Positions 57,505-64,000 of a stretch of 64,000 nucleotides of DNA are shown here, piece after piece (within the stretch, counting starts at the first letter, position 1; the number at the start of each line of letters is the position of its first letter). Source of the DNA: an uncultured Verrucomicrobiota bacterium. Lineage in GTDB: Bacteria > Verrucomicrobiota > Kiritimatiellia > CAIKKV01 > CAITUY01. Both the position numbers and the translations under genes were made by a program. A model generated the notes under the pieces. The model was not told where the DNA came from. It searched no databases and saw only the letters and a list, made by a program, of their open reading frames with translations. Location: NCBI GenBank assembly GCA_964508705.1, contig CAZDUS010000002.1, positions 951 to 64,950 on the forward strand, read 5' to 3'.

Positions 57505-58005
57505 ATGAGCAGTACTGTTGAGACCGCCAGAGTGCGTTCTGATGGACAGGAAGTGCAGTCAGCGCTGTTCCCTGCGTTTGACGTTTCAAGCCAGCCAGTA
57601 TCCCCGCGAGCTCTTTGCTCACATATCCATTTGAATTGGTTGACGGCTGTGCATTTATATGAAATCGGGTTGTTGAGTTTTGATCCGGCCAGCGTGGTGG
57701 AACTAGATCCAGTGCAGGAGGCGGAATTGCGTTTTCTAGGAGGGCTGGTTGTCGGTGGGTGTGAAGAGAGCATGTTAAAGCAACTCTTGAGCGGCTTAGT
57801 AAGACCGTATGCCTATCGGCTGGATCGATTGTACTATGACTGGGCGTCACGCAGTTGGCAGTTGTCGCCCAGTGCGGCGGATATTGAGGCGCAATTTGAT
57901 GCATGGACGGAGCAGTTAGTGGATGCAGGTCAGATGCCCGTCCTTGAGCGGCTACATGCCATTGTAGATCGCGCGCTTGCGGATCTTCGCATGTTGCGCT
58001 ACTAG
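57505..58005 (+). CDS. Hypothetical protein
   Basis: ATG-initiated 166-aa ORF in the dominant orientation with its own -10 box. No recognised motif. Confidence 0.6.
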   Translation: MSSTVETARVRSDGQEVQSALFPAFDVSSQPVSPRALCSHIHLNWLTAVHLYEIGLLSFDPASVVELDPVQEAELRFLGGLVVGGCEESMLKQLLSGLVRPYAYRLDRLYYDWASRSWQLSPSAADIEAQFDAWTEQLVDAGQMPVLERLHAIVDRALADLRMLRY

Positions 58006-58114
58006 CCGTCGACATTTCTGGCGGCATATCTTTTCATCAATCCAGATGTTTCATCTTTAGGTGATTGCGATCGCTGCTGTTGTGTTTGGGGCATGGCGAG
58101 CGTGCAATCCGATA

Positions 58115-58143
58115 TTGAACGGAAAGGAGCATGATGCCAGAAT
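58115..58143 (+). promoter_or_regulatory. Putative nadB promoter (leaderless geometry)
   Basis: TTGAAC-N17-CAGAAT with TG extension, 7 nt before ATG 58151. Confidence 0.45.
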
Positions 58144-58150
58144 CCGCCGC

Positions 58151-59797
58151 ATGAGTGCTATGAGAACACTGGATTGCGATTATCTTGTCATGGGGACCGG
58201 GATTGCCGGATTGATGACGGCTTTACATCTTTCCCGTACCGGGAAAGTGATGATTCTCACCAAAAAAGACAAGGCTGAGAGCAACACCAATTACGCACAG
58301 GGTGGAATTGCCTGCGTGATGAATTCTGATGACAGCTTTGAACAGCATGTCAAAGACACTTTGGTCGCGGGGGCTGGGTTATGCGATGAGGGTGTGGTGC
58401 GAGAGATCGTTAGTGACGGGCCTGAGCGGATTGCCGAGCTTGAGCGGTTTGGTCTGCATTTTTCCGGGCGGGACGGGAAGGATGGTCGCACCTATGATCT
58501 CGGGCGAGAGGGGGGGCATTCCCAGCGACGGGTATTGCATGCAGGCGATATTACAGGGCAGGCTGTTGAGAAAATCCTGCTGGGGCAAGCGCATTCGACG
58601 GGGAATATAAGGATATTGGATCACTGCATGGTGATTGATTTGATCACGTCTGGATGGCTGGCAGACCGTGCTGCGCAACGTGGGGAGCGTGTGGGCATTG
58701 AAGAGAATCGTTGCGTTGGTGTTTACGCGCTGGATGAAAATTCAGGAGAGATATTTGCGGTAAGGGCTTCGGCCACGGTATTGGCAACCGGGGGCGGAGG
58801 GAAGGTTTATTTATATACGAGCAATCCTGATATCGCGACGGGTGATGGGGTGGCCATGGCGTGGCGAGCGGGGCTCCCGATCAAGAATATGGAGTTCATT
58901 CAATTCCATCCGACGTGCTTGTATCATCCCAAGGCGAAGTCATTTTTGATCAGTGAAGCCGTTCGTGGTGAGGGTGCAGTATTGGTGGATGCTGACGGGA
59001 ATCCGTTTATGGAGCGCTATGATTCGCGGGGTGCCCTTGCTCCGCGGGATATTGTGGCACGAGCCATAGACCACGAGATGAAGTTGCGAGGGACGGCGTG
59101 TGTGTTTCTTGATATCCGACATCACTCGGCTGATTTTCTGATGAATCGATTTCCGAATATCTATGCGAAATGTTTGTCGCTAGGAATTGATATGGCGAGG
59201 GACTTGATACCGGTGGTTCCGGCGGCGCATTATTTCTGTGGAGGTGTCGAGGCGACTGTGGATGGTCGGACGGCGATGGATGGGTTGTATGCGTGCGGGG
59301 AAGTTTCCTGCACGGGATTGCATGGGGCCAATCGGTTGGCGAGCAATTCGCTCTTGGAAGCACTGGTGTGTGCGGCCAAATTGGCGGATCATCTGGCGGA
59401 GGAACCAAGGTTCGACGCCAGCCGTGTGCAAGTTCCTGAATGGGAGTATGGCGCGGCAGTGCCCAGCGATGAGAGCATTGTGTTGGAGCATAATTGGAAT
59501 GAGGTGCGGACTTGCATGTGGGACTATGTGGGGATTGTCCGCTCGGATAAACGATTGGAAAGGGCGGTGCGGCGCATAAGTAATTTGCGGCGGGAGATTC
59601 GGCAGTATTATCTGGATTACCTTGTTACGCCGGATATTCTCGAATTGCGCAACATTGCGGATGTGGCTGAATTGATAATACGCTCTGCGCAGGTTCGGAA
59701 GGAGAGCCGGGGGCTGCACTATACGTTGGATCATCCGAGCCGGGATGAGGGGCAAGGGCGGGATACGGTTATCAGGGACGCGCCGGGGAGGCGATAG
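58151..59797 (+). CDS. nadB: L-aspartate oxidase
   Basis: GTGIAG, YAQGGIA, REGGHS, EFIQFHPT, ISEAVRGEG, HGANRLASNSLLE, ESRGLHY. Start is 58151 or 58160. Confidence 0.95.
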   Translation: MSAMRTLDCDYLVMGTGIAGLMTALHLSRTGKVMILTKKDKAESNTNYAQGGIACVMNSDDSFEQHVKDTLVAGAGLCDEGVVREIVSDGPERIAELERFGLHFSGRDGKDGRTYDLGREGGHSQRRVLHAGDITGQAVEKILLGQAHSTGNIRILDHCMVIDLITSGWLADRAAQRGERVGIEENRCVGVYALDENSGEIFAVRASATVLATGGGGKVYLYTSNPDIATGDGVAMAWRAGLPIKNMEFIQFHPTCLYHPKAKSFLISEAVRGEGAVLVDADGNPFMERYDSRGALAPRDIVARAIDHEMKLRGTACVFLDIRHHSADFLMNRFPNIYAKCLSLGIDMARDLIPVVPAAHYFCGGVEATVDGRTAMDGLYACGEVSCTGLHGANRLASNSLLEALVCAAKLADHLAEEPRFDASRVQVPEWEYGAAVPSDESIVLEHNWNEVRTCMWDYVGIVRSDKRLERAVRRISNLRREIRQYYLDYLVTPDILELRNIADVAELIIRSAQVRKESRGLHYTLDHPSRDEGQGRDTVIRDAPGRR

Positions 59798-59800
59798 GGA

Positions 59801-59878
59801 GGAAAAGGATTCAGGGTTCGGGGTTCAGGATGGGAAGAGGGAATTATGAAGTATGAAGGATGAATTATGAATAGGGAG
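59801..59878 (+). repeat. Heptamer-based intergenic repeat, copy 2
   Basis: GGATTCA GGGTTCG GGGTTCA ... GAATTAT GAAGTAT GAAGGAT GAATTAT GAATAGG. Confidence 0.7.
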
Positions 59879-59886
59879 AGGTTGAG

Positions 59887-60672
59887 ATGAAGACTGTTTT
59901 TATTGGTGGGTGTGTGATTGGGATGGCGGTTGCGTTGGGGGTGGGGTGTTGGACGCCGCCTCGTGATGTTCCGGTCAAGATGCCAGCAAAGGAGAAAGCA
60001 CCGTTGCGGGTCCGATATGCTGATGATTTGACCCAGCTCAATCTTAAGGGGAAGAAGCTTTTGGCACTGCCGAAAGAGGCTCTTGAGGTGGAGACGGTGC
60101 AGGAATTGTATCTTGACGACAACGTCTCCATTGCGATTGGTGATGAAGTTTTGGCATTAAAACAGTTGCGACGGTTAAGTCTTGTGGGGTGTGGCCTTGA
60201 TGTAATGCCGCCAGCATTGTGCCAGGTGCCTAGGCTGGAAGTCCTTGCGATGGATGATAACCGATTGAGCGTGTTGCCGGCCGAAATTGGCGCGGTACAG
60301 GAGTTGCAGGTCTTAAGCCTGAGTCGCAACCGGTTGATTTCATTGCCTGACTCAGTGGGAATGCTGTCGAAACTGGAAATTCTGCAATTGGACGACAATT
60401 TATTGAGGGAGTTGCCCGGGACTGTCAGCGGGTTGTCATCGTTAAAATCGCTTTCCATGGATCGGAACCGGTTATCAGGATTGCCGGATGCCATTTGCGG
60501 GTTGAGCAAGCTCGAATCCTTGAGCTTGGCGGGGAACAGGTTGACAACGTTGCCTGCCTCTATTGAGAAAATGACATCATTAAAGGTATTAACGATCAAC
60601 GGCAATATGCTATCCCGCGAGGAAGTGATGAGGGTTCGGAAGGCGTTACCCAAGACGATGATTGTGGAATGA
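59887..60672 (+). CDS. Leucine-rich repeat protein, possible lipoprotein
   Basis: About 8 repeats of 23 aa, LxxLxLxxNxLxxLP. Signal peptide ending GVGC (marginal lipobox). Confidence 0.88.
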   Translation: MKTVFIGGCVIGMAVALGVGCWTPPRDVPVKMPAKEKAPLRVRYADDLTQLNLKGKKLLALPKEALEVETVQELYLDDNVSIAIGDEVLALKQLRRLSLVGCGLDVMPPALCQVPRLEVLAMDDNRLSVLPAEIGAVQELQVLSLSRNRLISLPDSVGMLSKLEILQLDDNLLRELPGTVSGLSSLKSLSMDRNRLSGLPDAICGLSKLESLSLAGNRLTTLPASIEKMTSLKVLTINGNMLSREEVMRVRKALPKTMIVE

Positions 60673-60701
60673 GGATCAATAATCAATGAGGGGTTAATGA
60701 T

Positions 60702-61223
60702 ATGAGCATACGGAAGTTGAAAGCGGCGATTCGCGATGTGCCCGATTTTCCGAAACCCGGAATATTATTCAAGGACATTACCCCGATCTTGCAGGATCCA
60801 GCCTTATTTAAGGCGGCTGTGGATGTATTTGTGAATCGGCATCGAGGGAAGGGGATCAGCAAGGTGGCGGCTATTGAGGCGCGTGGGTTCATTTTTGGAG
60901 CGGCGGTGGCTTACCGTCTCAAGGCGGGGTTAGTGCCGATTCGGAAGAAGGGCAAACTTCCCTATAAATGCCATGAGGAAAGTTATGATTTGGAGTATGG
61001 CTCAGCGACGCTGGCCGTGCATACGGATGCATTTGAACCGGGAGAGAAAGTGTTGCTGATTGATGATCTTCTGGCGACGGGCGGGACGGCGTTGGCCTCG
61101 GCGCGATTGATCGAAAGGGCTGGCGGCAAAGTAGAGGAGATTGATTTTCTGATAGAGTTAGGTTTCCTGAAGGGGAAGGAAAAGTTTTCTGCGTACCCGG
61201 TGTTCGCGTTAATTCGGTTTTAG
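60702..61223 (+). CDS. apt: Adenine phosphoribosyltransferase
   Basis: DFPKPGILFKDIT, EARGF, RKKGKLP, LEYG, IDDLLATGGT. Confidence 0.96.
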   Translation: MSIRKLKAAIRDVPDFPKPGILFKDITPILQDPALFKAAVDVFVNRHRGKGISKVAAIEARGFIFGAAVAYRLKAGLVPIRKKGKLPYKCHEESYDLEYGSATLAVHTDAFEPGEKVLLIDDLLATGGTALASARLIERAGGKVEEIDFLIELGFLKGKEKFSAYPVFALIRF

Positions 61224-61230
61224 GGCGGGG

Positions 61231-61258
61231 TTGACAGAGCGGGGACGGGTTTGATACT
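61231..61258 (+). promoter_or_regulatory. Promoter of ispE-tRNA-prs-rplY
   Basis: TTGACA-N16-GATACT, 12 nt before the ATG. Confidence 0.6.
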
Positions 61259-61270
61259 TGGGCGCGCCAT

Positions 61271-62221
61271 ATGTTCGAGAAAGCAGACTCCATTCAGATT
61301 TTAGCGCCTGCGAAGGTGAACCTTTTGCTTGAGGTTCTTGGCAAGCGGCCCGATGGATATCACGATCTGCGGAGTCTTGTGGCGCCCATTTCCATTTTCG
61401 ATGAGATTACTGTTCGGAAGTCGCCGGTTCTTGAGGTTGTCTGTGAAGAGATGGGGTTGCCGCAAGGGAACAAGGCGATGATTCCGGCGGCCTGTGACAA
61501 TCTCGCGATGCGGGCGGCAAAGTTGTTGCAGGCAAGGGCAGGAGTGGCGAAAGGTGCAAACATTGAGATTCGTAAGCTTATTCCAATTGGCGGAGGGCTA
61601 GGCGGGGGGAGTGCGGATGCGGCTGCGGTGTTGGTGGGGTTGAATCGATTGTGGGGTGCCGGGTTATCAGTTGAGGAACTGATGGGTATGGGCGCCCAAT
61701 TGGGGTCGGATATTCCCGCTTTGGTGGCCGGTAAAGCGGTACTGATGGAGGGTCGGGGGGAGCGTGTATCGCCACTTGAGTGCCGCTGGCCTTCAAGGGT
61801 GGCTTGGTGGATGGTGGTGGTGAATCCGGGGTTCAGTGTGCCGACGCGAGATGTATATTCCCGGTATAGAACAGGATTGACTTCTTTGGGTGAAATCTTT
61901 AATAAGGCTGTTTTTGCGCTGGAGAAAGGCGACATAGTCCTGGCATCCGCGTGCTTGCGTAACTCGCTTGAGGAGACGGTGTTCAAGAAATATCCGCTCC
62001 TGGGCTTGTTGGCTGAAAGGCTTAAAGCGGCGGGTGCCTTGGGTGTATTGTTGTCGGGCAGTGGCGCATCGGTTTTTGCCATGGCTGAGAGTCAAGCGCA
62101 TGCCTTGGCGATTGAGGAGAGCATGCGTCGAGAGACTGGGGCTTGGTTGTGGACCCGAGTGGCGCAAGTATTGCCCGATGGTGTAATGGTAGCACACGGC
62201 CCTTTGGAGGCCAGAGTCTAG
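61271..62221 (+). CDS. ispE: 4-diphosphocytidyl-2-C-methyl-D-erythritol kinase
   Basis: APAKVNL, DGYH, IPIGGGLGGGSADAA, GSDIP, LSGSG. Confidence 0.95.
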   Translation: MFEKADSIQILAPAKVNLLLEVLGKRPDGYHDLRSLVAPISIFDEITVRKSPVLEVVCEEMGLPQGNKAMIPAACDNLAMRAAKLLQARAGVAKGANIEIRKLIPIGGGLGGGSADAAAVLVGLNRLWGAGLSVEELMGMGAQLGSDIPALVAGKAVLMEGRGERVSPLECRWPSRVAWWMVVVNPGFSVPTRDVYSRYRTGLTSLGEIFNKAVFALEKGDIVLASACLRNSLEETVFKKYPLLGLLAERLKAAGALGVLLSGSGASVFAMAESQAHALAIEESMRRETGAWLWTRVAQVLPDGVMVAHGPLEARV

Positions 62222-62245
62222 GTTCGAGTCCTAGTCGGGCAACCA
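62172..62245 (+). tRNA. tRNA-Gln(TTG)
   Basis: Acceptor TGCCCGA/TCGGGCA, D-arm GTGTAATGGTAGCAC, anticodon loop CTTTGGA, T-arm CTAGG-TTCGAGT-CCTAG, encoded CCA. Confidence 0.95.
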
Positions 62246-62277
62246 GTTTGAGTGGAATAGTTTTGAAAGTGTAACGA

Positions 62278-63207
62278 ATGAGAATTTTCACAGGATCAGC
62301 TAATCCGGAGCTGGCACAGCGAATTGCCGATAGTCTTGGCATTCCGCTGGGCAAGGCTTTGATTAGTCGTTTCCCCGATGGGGAATCATGGGTGAAGATT
62401 CAGGAAAATGTGCGTGGCAAGGATGTGTTTGTTGTCCAGCCGACGTGTTCGCCGACGAATGAGAGTTTGATGGAACTACTCATTATGATTGATGCCTTAC
62501 GCCGGGCCTCGGCCGCGCGAATTACGGCGGTGGTTCCCTTCTACGGTTATGCGCGACAGGATCGCAAGGATCAGCCCCGCGTGCCGATCACCGCCAAATT
62601 GGTGGCCAATCTTATGGTGGCGGCAGGAACAAACCGATTGCTTACGGTTGATTTGCATGCCCAGCAGCTACAAGGATTTTTTGATATTCCGGTCGATCAC
62701 CTGTATGCGTCTCCGGTGATTGGCAAATATTTGATAGAAAAGGAATTGAAGAAGCTTGTGGTGGTTTCGCCGGATACGGGCGGTTTGAAGATGGCTCACG
62801 CTTATTCGGAAATGTTGAACGCCGGATTGGCGCTAGTGGCCAAGCAGCGTAAGGGGCCCAGCGATGTTGAGGCCTTGACGATGGTTGGTGATGTGAGCGG
62901 CTGTAATTGTGTATTGGTGGACGATCTTTGCACCACGGCGGGCACGCTGACCATGGCGGCCAAGATCCTGAAGCAGAATGGGGCTGAAGCCATCTATGCG
63001 GCAGTGACTCATCCGGTGCTAACGGATATGGGATTTGAACGGTTGCGGGAGTCGGAGATACGGGAACTGGTAGTTACCGATACGGTTCCGATTCGGAATA
63101 AAAACGATAAGGTCAAAGTGACGGTGTTATCTGTGGCTGGGTTGCTTGGAGAGGCGATCTTAAGGATTCATGACAACCAGTCGGTATCATCGTTGTTCAA
63201 GATTTAG
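62278..63207 (+). CDS. prs: Ribose-phosphate pyrophosphokinase
   Basis: FPDGE, YGYARQDRK, DLHA.Q.QGFF, VSPD.GG, VDDLCTTAGT. Confidence 0.96.
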   Translation: MRIFTGSANPELAQRIADSLGIPLGKALISRFPDGESWVKIQENVRGKDVFVVQPTCSPTNESLMELLIMIDALRRASAARITAVVPFYGYARQDRKDQPRVPITAKLVANLMVAAGTNRLLTVDLHAQQLQGFFDIPVDHLYASPVIGKYLIEKELKKLVVVSPDTGGLKMAHAYSEMLNAGLALVAKQRKGPSDVEALTMVGDVSGCNCVLVDDLCTTAGTLTMAAKILKQNGAEAIYAAVTHPVLTDMGFERLRESEIRELVVTDTVPIRNKNDKVKVTVLSVAGLLGEAILRIHDNQSVSSLFKI

Positions 63208-63228
63208 GAAAGGGAAGGATTAAAGCGT

Positions 63229-63957
63229 ATGGCGAAGGAAATTAAATTGTCGGCGAGTAAGCGAGAAGTGAGCGGGACGTCCGCATCCAAAGTGTTGCGA
63301 CGTGCCGGGGTGCTTCCTGCGGTGGTTTACGGAGAAAATGGGGCCCGGTCCATCCAGATTGACCGTCGCGCTTTTGACACGATGTTGAAACATCACACCA
63401 GCGAAAACCTGATTGTGGATTTGAGCATTGATAATGGAGAGATTATCAAGGCGTTGTTGCGCGAAGTGCAGCATGAGGCCGTGATGGGCGGGGTTCTGCA
63501 TGCGGATTTCGTAGAGGTTTCGATGACCCGCGCAATGCGTGTGACCATCCCGATCGTCCTGAAGGGCGAACCTGTTGGCGTTTCGCAGCAGAGTGGTATC
63601 CTTGAGCAGGTGTTGCGTGAATTGGCTGTTGAGTGTTTGCCGGGCGATTTGGTTGAGTCCTTTGACTTGGACGTGTCGAATCTGGCCTTGGGTCATACGC
63701 TAATGGTTCGTGATTTGAAATTGGATTCCAAGTTTACGATTATAACCAGTGGCGATGTTGCAGTGGCCACGGTTGTGGCGCCTCGTGAGGAGGCGGCAAC
63801 GGAAGCGGCAACGGGCGAGGAAGGTGCGGCGGCTCAGCCTGAAGTTATTGGCAAGAAGAAGGAAGAGGGCGAGGCGGCTGAAGGTGCTGCAGCCAAAGGT
63901 GCTGCGGGCAAGGAAGAGCCAAAGAAGGACGCGAAAAAGGAGCCCAAGAAGAAGTAA
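63229..63957 (+). CDS. rplY: 50S ribosomal protein L25/Ctc
   Basis: LRRAGVLPAVVYG, HADF, GEPVGV..GILEQ, E/A/K-rich tail, prs-rplY synteny. Confidence 0.95.
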   Translation: MAKEIKLSASKREVSGTSASKVLRRAGVLPAVVYGENGARSIQIDRRAFDTMLKHHTSENLIVDLSIDNGEIIKALLREVQHEAVMGGVLHADFVEVSMTRAMRVTIPIVLKGEPVGVSQQSGILEQVLRELAVECLPGDLVESFDLDVSNLALGHTLMVRDLKLDSKFTIITSGDVAVATVVAPREEAATEAATGEEGAAAQPEVIGKKKEEGEAAEGAAAKGAAGKEEPKKDAKKEPKKK

Positions 63958-64000
63958 GGGAAGTAGGCGCGCGATTGGCGCGCTGAAAGAGACCTTGCGT

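Noticed and set aside
1-64000. CRISPR array, IS element, prophage, rRNA
   Set aside because: No regularly spaced repeats, transposase, phage or rRNA signatures were seen.

Overview
64 kb of chromosomal backbone from a bacterium that looks like a PVC-superphylum member, probably Kiritimatiellota or Lentisphaerota. That placement is inferred from gene content and protein style, not from a marker gene. The + strand is strongly G/T-rich and carries most genes, consistent with the leading strand. Housekeeping genes: miaB, rlmN, rsmB, aspartate aminotransferase, pcnB, aroC, tgt, yajC, secDF, recJ, argH, thiF, nadB, apt, ispE, prs, rplY, tRNA-Leu(CAG) and tRNA-Gln(TTG). I found no integrase, transposase, prophage, rRNA or CRISPR array. 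The best leads are: (1) an ExbB-ExbD-TPR operon whose TonB-like partner carries a MIDAS-intact vWA domain instead of a TonB C-domain; (2) a divergent GH94-like phosphorylase paired with an AGE-family epimerase; (3) a YggT-like membrane domain fused to a class III cyclase with non-canonical catalytic residues; (4) two intergenic hairpins sharing an identical 18-nt core upstream of ndk-like and pcnB; (5) a five-gene GT-C/O-antigen-ligase locus headed by a Pro-rich candidate substrate; (6) ispE ending inside tRNA-Gln; (7) a pseudo-receiver/pseudo-kinase signalling protein; (8) a Rok/HARE-HTH-like candidate nucleoid protein; and (9) a partial minus-strand gene, missed by the ORF track, that joins a C25 propeptide fragment to a C-terminal sorting-like domain. 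All family calls come from motif recognition by eye; no searches were run.
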